Assembly: GCA_963817525.1 (NCBI GenBank)
Contig: CAWFOU010000001.1
Location: forward strand, 768,001 to 832,000
From: an uncultured archaeon
GTDB taxonomy: Archaea; Thermoproteota; Nitrososphaeria; Nitrososphaerales; Gagatemarchaeaceae
Direction of reading: 5' to 3'
DNA length: 64,000 bases
This document shows, piece after piece, positions 19,628 to 29,413 of the stretch. The notes beneath the pieces are model-generated. The model did no database searches and was not told the DNA's origin. It was given only the letters and a program-made list of their open reading frames with translations. How positions within the stretch are numbered: position 1 is the stretch's first letter; every line of letters begins with the position of its first letter. Made by a program: the position numbers and the translations under genes.

Positions 19628-20305
19628 ATGATGGATAATGGAGCGGTCGATGCCGCTCCCTCTGAAGTGAGGCGCGCGGTCAAACGAGCCATTCTCCTCA
19701 ACGAATACTTGCTTCGCCGAGCTTGGGGTGTGCTGTTCCTCGCACTTTCGTTCTCAATGTTCCTTTCGACCTTTGGAACGCCTATCGTTGACTCGCTGGA
19801 GTCAGTCGGGGCCGCAAGCACCCTACCAATCAACGTGATTGCGAGCGGCTGCGCCGTGATTGCCATCCTCTGGGCGTTCAAACGAGTGCGAAACTCCGCG
19901 GAAATCACCCACCCCGAAGGCGACCGAGCTTGGTCAAGGCTGCTTGGTTACCGCTTTGTCGTGCCTCTGTGGATCGCATTCGACGCAGCCGCGATTTTGA
20001 CGTTCGCGCTTGCAAGAAGCCAAGTTCCGCTGGTTCTCTTTTTGGTGCACCTTGGACTGGCCGTCTACCTGTATTACGCCCTAAGACTCTCTTTTTCGAA
20101 GAGGATCCCTGGAGAGGCTGTTATCGCAATAGCTTCGCTCTCGTTGGGTAGCATCGCGTCAATCGCTTTGCTGTCAATTACCGCGAGCGCTGGGCCGTAC
20201 GTGCTCCTCGCGGGGGGCACGATTCTCACTTGGACCTTCTCCGGAATCTACGCGCGTACCAGACCTATTCCAGAATTCGAGGAGGAGCGTACCGGGCTTG
20301 AATGA
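19628..20305 (+). CDS. hypothetical multi-pass membrane protein
   Basis: about six hydrophobic segments; overlaps the downstream HTH gene. Confidence 0.7.
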   Translation: MMDNGAVDAAPSEVRRAVKRAILLNEYLLRRAWGVLFLALSFSMFLSTFGTPIVDSLESVGAASTLPINVIASGCAVIAILWAFKRVRNSAEITHPEGDRAWSRLLGYRFVVPLWIAFDAAAILTFALARSQVPLVLFLVHLGLAVYLYYALRLSFSKRIPGEAVIAIASLSLGSIASIALLSITASAGPYVLLAGGTILTWTFSGIYARTRPIPEFEEERTGLE

Positions 20306-20657
20306 CGACGAAATCAGCAAACGGGATTATGACAAGACCGCCAAGGATGAGACGATTAGATCGCTAAATGAGCAGCTCGGCGACTCGGCCCTCAAATCGT
20401 CCGCTCGAATCCTGATACTGGTGTTGCTCGCACAGGCTCGAAGGATGAGCTCAGTAGAACTAAGGACGCTCACAGGACTGGGAAAGGGGAGCCTCGAGAA
20501 CCACCTGAATAAGCTTGAGAGCTTCGGTTATGTCAAGGTAAGCAACGCAAAGTCCCTAGGAGCAAGGGGTTCTCCAAGGCAAATCGTCGAGATTACTGAG
20601 AATGGACTAGGTGTTTGTCGCGCTCTTGTGAGAAGCATCTCGAGTTTGGCTCTCTGA
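20298..20657 (+). CDS. winged-helix (ArsR/HTH_34-like) regulator
   Basis: RILIL...ELRTLTGLGKGSLENHLNKLESFGYV...ITENG. Confidence 0.8.
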   Translation: MNDDEISKRDYDKTAKDETIRSLNEQLGDSALKSSARILILVLLAQARRMSSVELRTLTGLGKGSLENHLNKLESFGYVKVSNAKSLGARGSPRQIVEITENGLGVCRALVRSISSLAL

Positions 20658-20699
20658 TAATCGCCACCGCTACGATGTCTACCAATGAGCGGGTCCTTT

Positions 20700-20738
20700 G
20701 GATTCGTACCTGATGAGGTGCAGCCCCTGGACGGGCTA
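20700..20738 (+). repeat. junction J8, type B
   Basis: GGATTCGTACC-TGATGA-GGTGCAGCCCC-TGGACGGGCTA. Confidence 0.92.
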
Positions 20739-20914
20739 TCTCCTCATTTTGCGCCCCATTTAGCCCACCCGATTTAATACACACTTTTCACAGGCGACAC
20801 GCTTAATTATCTGACCATAGTGGTAATCCGACCAAGAATCCTGTTCCTTTTCAACTGCATGAGAGAATGGATTCGAACCCCGGCATACGGACGATTCCGT
20901 CGAGCCGTCTCAGA

Positions 20915-20962
20915 ACCTGCCGGGCCCGCCACAAATATCTCCCCGGGCTGGATTCGAACTTC
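20915..20962 (+). repeat. Arg/Lys-type tRNA 3' end plus downstream inverted T-loop motif
   Basis: ACCTGCCGGGCCCGCCA-18 nt-GGATTCGAACTTC; same module lies behind the real tRNA-Arg. Confidence 0.8.
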
Positions 20963-21002
20963 CCGCATTGCAACCAGGTTGCGCAAGAGATATTCTTGAC
21001 GA

Positions 21003-21735
21003 CTATAGTATGTTCAGGTCGCTCGCTGCATGATAAGATGGAACCAACGGACGGAATCCGAGACTACGAATTTTTTGAGCGCTAACCAGGCCGCTCCAAG
21101 GGTTTGTCAAAGGAGTCACTGGATCTGCAAGCTTCGCGGTTTGACCCGTCAGGCGGATGACCTCTTGGAGAGTAATCGGCGAGTCATCGGCGACGTTGCA
21201 TATCTCACCGCCCATTGCAGAGACACCCATTGCCAGCTTCACGGCTTGTGCTATGTCCAGATGGTGCACCATATGCAACCTAAATGCCGGATGCAGATTC
21301 ATCCGCTCAAAATACGGAATCGATTCCGGCAGATGCGGGTCCCCAGCGCCGTATACGAAAACGAAGCGCAGGATCCGAACGTCAAGTTGTTTCGCCGCGT
21401 GCATGCCGAGTAAGAGTTTTTCCGAAGACGCCTTGCTCGCGGGGTAGGCAGCCGATGGACTAACGTGATCGCTTTCTAGGCCAGGCGCGGCCTCATTGTT
21501 GTAAACATTGCTAGTGCTTGAAAAAACAAAACGGATCCCTGTGTTAATTTGCGAAGCCGCTTCGGCTAAATTTCTTGTGCCGACCTCGTTAACACTTTTG
21601 ATCTTTTCAAAATCCTGACTGCGAAAGAAAGCCGCAAGGTGCACTACGGTGTCAACGCCGTCAAGGGCGCTCTGCAGGCTTTCACGCTGCAGGATGTCGC
21701 CCATGAAAGTCTCCGCCCCTTTGGCTTTGGCCTTC
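21003..21735 (-). pseudogene. NAD-dependent epimerase/dehydratase, 5' truncated
   Basis: VVHLAA, YPASK present; N-terminal GxxGxxG missing. Confidence 0.75.
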
Positions 21736-22125
21736 CTTACGGTCTCGTGAACCGGCTCCTCAAACCATTCGGTCTGACTCGAAGCTCCTGGTCCGTCCTC
21801 TACCAGGTCAACGGAACCGGGCGAATCTCTCAGAAGGCGCTTCAGGAGGACCTTGGCATAGAATCAGGAAGCATGGCCATAGTTGTAGACGGCCTCGTCC
21901 GGAAGGGTTGGCTTGGCCGGACCTCAAGTGAGAAGGACCGCCGCGCTAACGATCTGGAGCTCACTCCCAAGGGTGCCGGCGGTGGAAGACTGTCCCAGAC
22001 ATAGCTTCGGTCATGAGAAAGGAGATCATGCGTGGCGTCACGGAAGAAGAAGAGCAACTAGCAGTGGGGCCGTCCTGAAGAAGTGTTCCTCGAACCTCGC
22101 GAAGAGCATCGCTCAAACGGACTAA
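21736..22125 (+). pseudogene. MarR regulator, 5' truncated and frameshifted
   Basis: LKPFGLTRSSW...LVRKGW...DRRA...LTPKG, then frame changes near 21977 and 22066. Confidence 0.7.
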
Positions 22126-22202
22126 TCGTCAGGGAACACCGTTGGAGCTGCCTTGGGAAGTATTGCATGAAGTAACGAGCTGTCCGCCCCGACGGGCAGA
22201 AT

Positions 22203-22241
22203 TGATTCGTACCTAATCAGATGCCGCCCCTGGACGGGCTA
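22203..22241 (+). repeat. junction J9, type B
   Basis: TGATTCGTACC-TAATCA-GATGCCGCCCC-TGGACGGGCTA. Confidence 0.9.
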
Positions 22242-22274
22242 ACTTGTTAGCTCAAAGCCTGTCGATTGGCTACC

Positions 22275-22646
22275 TTACATGACCCGGACTTTTGACTTTG
22301 GGAGAAACTTCAGGAAATCCTTGTCGCCAGTCCAGACCGTTGCGCCATACCTCTTGGCAGACGACGCAATAAGCGCGTCCAAGAGGTCTTCCTTGGTTGG
22401 CTTCATCCTCGCGGCTTCTTCTGCATCTGCCCTGATGAAAGGTGCGACCTCGACTCCCGCAATCTCGAGAAACTTGTCATAATTTGCTGAAGACATCTTG
22501 GCTGTGAAATATCCCCACAGGATTTGGAGGTGGCTTATCGCTGAGACATAGAGTTGTAAGCCTGTTCCCGACACCCGGAGCATCTCCGCGCGAGTGCTCT
22601 CCCTCTTCTCGTCGCTAAGAATCGAAGTGTCTAGAAAGACCTTCAA
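22275..22646 (-). CDS. vapC: PIN-domain (VapC) toxin
   Basis: VFLDTSIL...DALIA...WTGDKDF. Confidence 0.85.
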   Translation of the reverse strand: MKVFLDTSILSDEKRESTRAEMLRVSGTGLQLYVSAISHLQILWGYFTAKMSSANYDKFLEIAGVEVAPFIRADAEEAARMKPTKEDLLDALIASSAKRYGATVWTGDKDFLKFLPKSKVRVM

Positions 22647-22887
22647 TCAAACCAGACCTCGCTTGCCTGATGTGGCTCTTGATCTTGCTCATGTCCCCGG
22701 CTAGGTTGTCAAGCGCCGCCAGAACCATTTCCACATCAACGTCAGAACCAGAGACCTTCTTGATCATGATCCGTTCGTCTCGCGTCTCCTCGAACACCAC
22801 GCTGTCCCCTGGCTTGATCCCGGTCCTCTCGGCGATCCTCTTTGGAATTGTCACCTGCATCTTCCGCGTGACTTGGTACTGCCTCAT
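22615..22887 (-). CDS. vapB: AbrB/MazE-fold antitoxin
   Basis: VTRKMQVTIPKRIAERTGIKPGD. Confidence 0.88.
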   Translation of the reverse strand: MRQYQVTRKMQVTIPKRIAERTGIKPGDSVVFEETRDERIMIKKVSGSDVDVEMVLAALDNLAGDMSKIKSHIRQARSGLIEGLSRHFDS

Positions 22888-22990
22888 AGTACTACTTTCT
22901 TACTGTCAGCTGGTATAAAAAGACCCACCCCAGTCGTGGCATGAAAGCCAGGTTGCTCGGCATAGAGGGACTTGCGGCCCTCGGTCATGC

Positions 22991-23045
22991 GAGCACAAAT
23001 TTCCGGCTAAAAGCCCCTAAACAGGGTCAGCCCCTGGACGGGCTA
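22991..23045 (+). repeat. junction J10, type A
   Basis: GAGCACAAATTTCCGGCTAAAAGCCCCTAAACAGGGTCAGCC-CCTGGACGGGCTA. Confidence 0.93.
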
Positions 23046-23187
23046 TTCGCTCAATTGCGCCTCCGTTGACCGAACGCCGCAGTAATCTTACTATAATGTG
23101 CGTTTAGCGGTCACAACCTATCTGTCAAATCTGTGAGCAAAAGAAACCTTGGCAATGGCGCACATAATATTTATAAGCACGCATATT

Positions 23188-23201
23188 ATATGCATGCATA
23201 T
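23188..23201. promoter_or_regulatory. putative MarR operator
   Basis: perfect palindrome ATATGCATGCATAT over the VOC start, downstream of a TTTATAA box; degenerate copy at 23173-23186. Confidence 0.5.
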
Positions 23202-23586
23202 GCAATCCGAAATAAGGTACAAGTTGGGAATGATAACTCTGTTCTGTAGACACGTTGCCGAGACTAAGAGTTTCTACATCAATAAGCTGGGGCTGACTGA
23301 GATAAGAGAAATGACCTCACCTACTTTCGCCACTTTGATGACCAACGGGGGCAGCTTGATAGGTCTGCAAGATGTCAAGACGTCTCTGGGTGGACAAACG
23401 AGTACTCACGGTGAAGTGGAACTTGGACTAGAAGTCGAGGATGTCGACGCGACATACGAGAAGTGGAAGGAAAACAACTCTGAAGTGACCTCGCCTCCTG
23501 TCGATCTCCCCTTTGGGCGCACCTTTCAGGGAAAGGACCCTGAGGGACATCTGCTTCGGATATACAATACAAAGAAGCGTCAGTAG
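23200..23586 (+). CDS. VOC/glyoxalase family protein
   Basis: FYINKLGL...VEDVDATYE...PFGRTFQGKDPEGH. Confidence 0.85.
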   Translation: MQSEIRYKLGMITLFCRHVAETKSFYINKLGLTEIREMTSPTFATLMTNGGSLIGLQDVKTSLGGQTSTHGEVELGLEVEDVDATYEKWKENNSEVTSPPVDLPFGRTFQGKDPEGHLLRIYNTKKRQ

Positions 23587-24044
23587 TGGTGATAACAACG
23601 AAGCGAGAGGATACGAAATACTGGATTATCGTCGCATCCAGGGACCACGTTCAAAGAGGCGTGGAGGAAGGCATCTGTCAGACCTGTCACGGTAGGGGGG
23701 CACCATTGAGGAGGATGAGTGAGGGAGACTGGGTCGTATTCTATTCATCGAAGGAAAGATATGATGGTGTTGAGAAGTGCAGGAAATTCACGGCAATCGG
23801 GAAAGTTAAGAATGACCTTGTCTATCAGGTTCGAATGAACGAAGATTTCGCTCCTTTCCGTCGGAGTGTAGAGTTCTTTCCCTCCTCGGAGGTCCAGATT
23901 GAGCCGCTGATTCCATTTCTTTCTTTCATCGCGAACAAGAAGTCATGGGGATACGTATTCAGGTTCGGCCTGACCCAGATTCCCAGAAACGATTTCCTGG
24001 CGATTGCTTCGAGAATGCTTCCGGCCCTTCAGGAGGTAGTTTAG
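23586..24044 (+). CDS. EVE domain protein
   Basis: YWIIVASRDHV...CHGRGAPLRRMSEGDWVVFYS...WGYVFRFG. Confidence 0.88.
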   Translation: MVITTKREDTKYWIIVASRDHVQRGVEEGICQTCHGRGAPLRRMSEGDWVVFYSSKERYDGVEKCRKFTAIGKVKNDLVYQVRMNEDFAPFRRSVEFFPSSEVQIEPLIPFLSFIANKKSWGYVFRFGLTQIPRNDFLAIASRMLPALQEVV

Positions 24045-24048
24045 GGGA

Positions 24049-24546
24049 TTGGAGGGCAAACGCCCGGTCAAGTTTTCCAAGGCAAGGCCCGAGGAGAGCC
24101 CGGGTTACATGTTCTGGCAGACGAGCAATCTGTGGCAGCGGAAGATGGTCAAGGCGCTGAAGCCTACAGGCCTGACGCCTGTGCAGTTAGTTCTCCTGGC
24201 GGGGGTGGCCTGGCTCGAACGGGGATCCGAGCCAATAAGCCAAGTCAGGTTGGCCCGTCAGGCAAAGACCGACGTGATGATGACCTCTCAGGTACTCAAA
24301 AAACTGGAATCTAGGGGGCTGGTGAGCAAGAGACCAAGTGAATCAGATACCAGAGCTAACGCCATCACATTGACAGAAAAGGGGGCAGAGAAGGTCGCGA
24401 AAGCATTGATAATCGCGGAGAAAGTTGACTCGGACTTTTTCCAGCCTTTGGAAGGGAAGCATGACGAGTTCCTGACGGCGCTGGGAGCATTGACCAAAGC
24501 AAACGACCATGAGGGAACAAAAAATGACATTTCACCACAAGAATAG
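24049..24546 (+). CDS. MarR-family regulator
   Basis: SPGYMFWQTSNLWQR...DVMMTSQVL...DTRA...LTEKG. Confidence 0.88.
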   Translation: MEGKRPVKFSKARPEESPGYMFWQTSNLWQRKMVKALKPTGLTPVQLVLLAGVAWLERGSEPISQVRLARQAKTDVMMTSQVLKKLESRGLVSKRPSESDTRANAITLTEKGAEKVAKALIIAEKVDSDFFQPLEGKHDEFLTALGALTKANDHEGTKNDISPQE

Positions 24547-24642
24547 TTCTTGCAAGGAGAGCTCAAGTCGGCCGCCGCCTCGTGGGTTCGTCACCTGTCA
24601 TCGTGACTTCCGATGGCCCGCCACCTAAACATCACGATGTGT

Positions 24643-24681
24643 GGATTCGCACTTGAATAGGTGCGGCCCCTGGACGGGCTA
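24643..24681 (+). repeat. junction J11, type B
   Basis: GGATTCGCACT-TGAATA-GGTGCGGCCCC-TGGACGGGCTA; GGCCCGCCA lies 19 nt upstream. Confidence 0.92.
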
Positions 24682-24716
24682 TCTTCTTAATTCTAACTTG
24701 GCGTGGGGCGTGTCGC

Positions 24717-25193
24717 ATGGCCGCAGTTCGGAAGAAGAAGGCGTACGAGAAGTATGCTTGGGTAATCCCATTCGTGATGGGGCTATTTTTCATGCTCTCG
24801 ATGGCCGTGACCTTCCTTTCGCCAGTAATCCTCACCGGTGCCGAGGGCGCCGTCGAGAGCCTCACAGGACTGACGTTTTCCCAGTTGGCCGCGTCGAATC
24901 CAGGCGTCGCCAACTACATTTACCATCTCATCAGAATCCTCGCGATCTTCAGCTCAGGTCTCGGGGCCTTCTTCGCGGTCGTATCGGCGACGGCCTACAG
25001 GAGGGGAGAATTGTGGGCCTGGTACCTGACGTAGGTCGTCCCCGTGCTCTTCCTGCTCGACATTGCCAATGACTATGTCGCGTTTGGATATGTGGACGTT
25101 AGTTCGATGTTCATTGTCGCGATTTTGGTCCTTGGTCTCCTCCTACCCTACAGAAAGTTCTTCCCCATGAAGCAGCCTTCGGACGCTTCATAG
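24717..25193 (+). pseudogene. membrane protein with internal TAG at 25032-25034
   Basis: frame continues past TAG with two more hydrophobic segments (…GLLLPYRKFF) to a stop at 25193. Confidence 0.7.
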
Positions 25194-25232
25194 CCGGTAT
25201 CGCCTTCGCGGGCGCCTGCGCCCTGCCAAGAT

Positions 25233-26217
25233 CTAGGCACGGGGACTCTCGTGGCCAATCGTGATGACCACGTTTCCTGCCTTCTTCCCTGTGTCCACAT
25301 ACGCGTGAGCCTCTGCGATCCTTTCCAGAGGATACTCCCTATCGATCACTGACCTTACCTTTCCGGATTCGATGAGGTCTTTCAGGAAGGCCATGTCTTC
25401 GGGCTTGTACGAGGCCGCCCCGCCGATCACTCTCTTGCCTCCCGAACCTAATAGCTTTCGAAGAAGTTGCGACAATCCCGGGTTCCCCATGAGATAGAAT
25501 CCGTTCTCCTTTGTCGACCTCAAGCATGTGGAGAAGGGAGCCTTGCCGATGACGTCAAAGATGACATCGTATGTCTCGCCGTTCTCACCAAAGTCGTCCT
25601 TGGCATAGTCTATGACCTTGTCTGCGCCTATGGACCGGAGCATGTCCAGTTTTCCGTCCGAGTCGACCGCCGTCACTTCCGCCCCTGACGACTTGGCAAT
25701 CTGCACGGCAACGGTGCCTATGCTCCCGCCAGCCCCGATGATCAAGACCTTCTGTCCCATCTGGATTTTCGCCATTCTGAGGAAGTGCACCGCGTGCAGC
25801 CCCCCAAGGGGCATCGCCGCAGCTTCTTCGTAGGTCATGTTGGGAGGTTTCGTCGATATCAGTCCCTTTGCGGGCAGGCAGTCATATTCAGCATAGGCGC
25901 CCAGGTGGAAGCCGGTCAGAGCGAAGACCTGGTCGCCCGCTTTGAACCTGCTGACGTTTGTGCCCACAGATTCGACCTCTCCGGCCAACTCTTGCCCCAA
26001 GATTGCCCTTCTCGGTCCTCGCAACCCAAACCCTATTCGCGCTGCCAGCCACAACAAGATGGGCATCTTGAATCTTCGAATCTCGCAGTCCCCCCATAGT
26101 CACCGTTGTCGCGTGAACCCTGACCAGCACTTCATCGGCCTTGGGTCTGGGTGTCTCGACCTCTCTGAGCTGAAGGACCTCAGAAGGCCCATATCTCGTG
26201 CACACTACTGCTTTCAA
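25233..26217 (-). pseudogene. NAD(P)-dependent alcohol dehydrogenase / quinone reductase (MDR), frameshifted near 26092
   Basis: MKAVVCTRYGPSEVL N-terminus in one frame, GQELAGEV...GAGGSIG in another; shift in a 5-base homopolymer. Confidence 0.8.
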
Positions 26218-26338
26218 CTGATGAAACGCGATTGCCGTCCGCCCCTATATGGGGTCGGTCCTCTCCCGGCTGTCGCCCATGCCGAGCCTTTTGAGAGTCG
26301 TCTGCCTTTGTGGAATCTAGATTTTCCCTAGAGCAGAT

Positions 26339-26377
26339 GGATTCGCGCCTATTCAGGAGCAGCCCATGGACGAGCTA
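26339..26377 (+). repeat. junction J12, type B
   Basis: GGATTCGCGCC-TATTCA-GGAGCAGCCCA-TGGACGAGCTA. Confidence 0.85.
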
Positions 26378-26514
26378 TTTCCGCTCGCGCGGTAGGGACT
26401 GCTGGATAGAGTTCTCCTCCGGAGTGGGGACTTTTCGAGTATGCCAAGTCCGAGTGAGGAGATTCTGGCCCTAAGCATTCGGCCTTCAAAGTCCTACTCA
26501 GCTTGGGATTTTGT

Positions 26515-26582
26515 GTCGCTAACGCATCGACGAACTTCGTCTCACGATCTTTGAACCGCAACCCCTGGAGGCTTACCAGCAG
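26515..26582 (-). pseudogene. PIN toxin 3' remnant
   Basis: LVSLQGLRFKDRETKFVDALAT versus LLSLQSLRFKSREMKFVDPLAT of 7618..8040. Confidence 0.8.
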
Positions 26583-26596
26583 CCTACGAGCTCACT

Positions 26597-27580
26597 TTAC
26601 GATACTCCCGGAGTGACTGACGTTACAACCGAAGTTGCGGTTGTTACGGGCGTTGCAATGGCCGCTGCCGCGCCTGGTATCATGTCGAATGTCTCATATA
26701 CTGTGATCTCCCCTTCTCTCACTTCAATGATGGAACCCTCCAGCGGCCTCAAGGTGTCCGGGATGTGGAAGTGTAGCTCTCCGCCTAGCGGGAGTTGAAC
26801 CTCGTACTTAGGAGCCCCATTACCGTCGATGGTGAAGAGTCGCTCCCCTTTGCAGTACACGGTGCACAGCTGTAGCTGCCTGTTGCGTCCTTTGACAACG
26901 AGTGCAAACTCGCTGGCAGGATAGGGCGACACGACTGGCTCTCTTATGACTTCCAGCGTGATGTCTAGGTACAGCTTCATATCCGTGAGGACCATCACCT
27001 GATCGCCCGTCTTGACCTCGGCTCCCTCCTCGTCGTTGGGGTAGACGACGAAACGGCCCGCTCCCGTTACCCTCTCGATCCTTCCTTTGACGATCTTTGA
27101 CTCGGAGGTTATGACCGTCGTACCGTCTTTCTGAACCACCTCCATTATGGGCTGTTCCAGTTTGACTCCTTGCGCGGCGGCGGTCGGGCTCATCGCGACG
27201 AAGTCATCAATCTTCTTCAGTATCTTCTTCTCAACCTCCACGTTCCAAAGCATCTCCCCGACATCAAGGGGCAGGAATAGTTCAGAAATCAGCAGAGTCT
27301 CTACGGTGGCGACGCCTATGTTCTGGACCCATTTGCCTATCCCCACCCTTACCGAGAAGTTGTTCGGCTCCCCCTGGATCAGTATATCGAGAGCCCTTTC
27401 AGAAGTAATTACTTCCCTGAGGAAACCGCCCTTCTGTGCCTGTATCAACATGCCTCCCTGAGTGGCCCTCGGGGTTTGGAGCTTGAAACCATCATCCTGG
27501 AGATAACGGACTATGCGGTCCCTAAGTCCGACCAGATCGGTATTTCTTCCTTGATATCGGACAGTCTTGTCGGCTAACAT
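26597..27580 (-). CDS. hypothetical two-domain protein
   Basis: 327-aa ORF, no recognised motif. Confidence 0.7.
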   Translation of the reverse strand: MLADKTVRYQGRNTDLVGLRDRIVRYLQDDGFKLQTPRATQGGMLIQAQKGGFLREVITSERALDILIQGEPNNFSVRVGIGKWVQNIGVATVETLLISELFLPLDVGEMLWNVEVEKKILKKIDDFVAMSPTAAAQGVKLEQPIMEVVQKDGTTVITSESKIVKGRIERVTGAGRFVVYPNDEEGAEVKTGDQVMVLTDMKLYLDITLEVIREPVVSPYPASEFALVVKGRNRQLQLCTVYCKGERLFTIDGNGAPKYEVQLPLGGELHFHIPDTLRPLEGSIIEVREGEITVYETFDMIPGAAAAIATPVTTATSVVTSVTPGVS

Positions 27581-27662
27581 GCTCTCTGGCCACCATTGAT
27601 ATCAACGGCTAAGTGCATCTAGCAACAATCTTCTAGAATGAAAGGCCGAGCCCTCGAGAGTC

Positions 27663-28412
27663 TCATTTCCACTTTGTTAGTATCTCTTCCCTCTTGAAGG
27701 TGGCGATGCTCAGATAGAAGAGGAGCAGGTCTGCCACCAGGAAAATGCCTGACATGATGAGCAGATTGATCGTGGTCAATTGAATCACCCCGATCTCCGT
27801 CAGCACGTAGATGATGAAGAAGGGGAAGACCATCACTCCGGTTATCTGCTGCACGCTTCGAACGTCGTTGGCGCGTGCGGATAGGATGACGGTCAGCTCG
27901 ACTGAGAGAATGCTAGCGAGCGGCGCGAGGACGAGTAGGCTCACTCCGAAGCTCCAGTTTGGATAGTAGAGATAGCCTAGCCCGGCGTGAGTGACTAGGT
28001 CTATCAGGACCATGAAGACTACCGAGCTAGCCCAGATCGCGGCAATCGGCGGGATGAACGAAGCGATGCTCTTTCCCAGCAGAATCTCACCGTCCGTCAT
28101 GGGAGTTGCAAGCAGCGGTTCGAGGCTCTTCTGGATCTTCTCGCCGACTATACTGTACGAGGCAATTCCAGCCGGGAGACTCGCCGCTAAGATCACATAC
28201 CAAAACGAAAACGCGTTCAGAAACGGGGCAACGGATGCTGATATGGCCCCTGTGCCAGCGACGCTTTCGATCGCAACAAGTACCGCGGGAAATCCCAATG
28301 CAACACCGAATGGGGACACCATCGTAGCGTAGAGGACCCCCTTCCTCCTCTTGAAAATCTCAAAATCCTTCGACGCGACCGACCACGCGTTCTGCAGGTC
28401 CACTTCTCTCAC
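27663..28412 (-). CDS. ABC-2 type exporter permease, paralog of 17533..18282
   Basis: SYSIVGEK...LLATPMTDGEILLGK...FKREEILTKWK. Confidence 0.85.
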   Translation of the reverse strand: MREVDLQNAWSVASKDFEIFKRRKGVLYATMVSPFGVALGFPAVLVAIESVAGTGAISASVAPFLNAFSFWYVILAASLPAGIASYSIVGEKIQKSLEPLLATPMTDGEILLGKSIASFIPPIAAIWASSVVFMVLIDLVTHAGLGYLYYPNWSFGVSLLVLAPLASILSVELTVILSARANDVRSVQQITGVMVFPFFIIYVLTEIGVIQLTTINLLIMSGIFLVADLLLFYLSIATFKREEILTKWK

Positions 28413-29329
28413 TGGCTCCTGACCAGTTTCAGGTACACGTCCTCCAGGGTCGAACTCGCCTCCGTGACGAACTGGATACGGCCTCCCGCGGTTACGATTG
28501 CACTCATAATGTCAGGGTTCTCCTTCTCAGGATCACCCACCCCTATGACGAGCTTGTTGCCCTCGCCCACCTCGACGCCTCCGGTTGCGACCATCTTCGC
28601 TGCAGATATGATCACGTTGTTGACGCTCTCGAGCTTGACCACAATCTTCCGGCCGCTGGCCGACCGTTCGAGGTCTGCCGGGGTGCCCAGGGCCATCAGC
28701 TTGGTGTTCAGAATCGCGATCCTGTCGCAGATCCTCTGTGCCTCGTCGAGATTGTGCGTGTTGAGGAAGATGGTCTTCTTCTCCTTCTTCAGGTCGAGTA
28801 TGAAGTCCCTGACCGTCTTGGACGCTTCCGGGTCGAGGTTGGCAGTAGGCTCGTCCATGAACAAGACCTGCGGATCGTGAATGAGAGCGCGCGCTATGGC
28901 GAGCTTCTGCTTCATCCCCTTGGAGAAGGTTCCTGCCGCCAGATCCTTCTTATCCCATAAACCAAGCAGCTTGAGGAAGTATTCTATCCTCTCACTTCTC
29001 TTCGGTTCTTCGACCTTGTAGTATCTGCCGTAGAAATCCAAGTTCTTGTACGCGGTGAGTTCCTCGTACAGACCAACGTTGTCCGGAACCAGTCCTATGA
29101 CTCTCCTGATTTTTGGTTGATCTGAGCTTTTTCCGATGTCGTATTCCCCAATCTTGGCGGTACCGCTCGTCTTCGATATCAGACATGTCAGCATTCGTAC
29201 AGTGGTGGTCTTCCCGGCGCCATTGGGTCCGAGAAACCCGAAGACTTCCCCATCGTCGACGCGGAGGGTAAGATCGTCGACTGCAGTAAGGTCCCCGAAC
29301 TTCCTCGTAAGGTTCTCGGTCTCAATCAA
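28409..29329 (-). CDS. ABC exporter ATP-binding protein, paralog of 18279..19202
   Basis: GPNGAGKTT, FSKGMKQ, FMDEP; TTG start by alignment with the paralog. Confidence 0.92.
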   Translation of the reverse strand: MIETENLTRKFGDLTAVDDLTLRVDDGEVFGFLGPNGAGKTTTVRMLTCLISKTSGTAKIGEYDIGKSSDQPKIRRVIGLVPDNVGLYEELTAYKNLDFYGRYYKVEEPKRSERIEYFLKLLGLWDKKDLAAGTFSKGMKQKLAIARALIHDPQVLFMDEPTANLDPEASKTVRDFILDLKKEKKTIFLNTHNLDEAQRICDRIAILNTKLMALGTPADLERSASGRKIVVKLESVNNVIISAAKMVATGGVEVGEGNKLVIGVGDPEKENPDIMSAIVTAGGRIQFVTEASSTLEDVYLKLVRSQ

Positions 29330-29413
29330 CTTGAGTTGGTTTCGACTGTCCGCGAGATGTGATATATGAATTGAGGCACAGTATGGAAGCCTGACCACTC
29401 TAGTCGACCCCGC

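Noticed and set aside
25032-25034. Pyrrolysine or amber recoding
   Set aside because: A TGG-to-TAG mutation is simpler; TAG is a normal stop elsewhere and no pyl genes are seen
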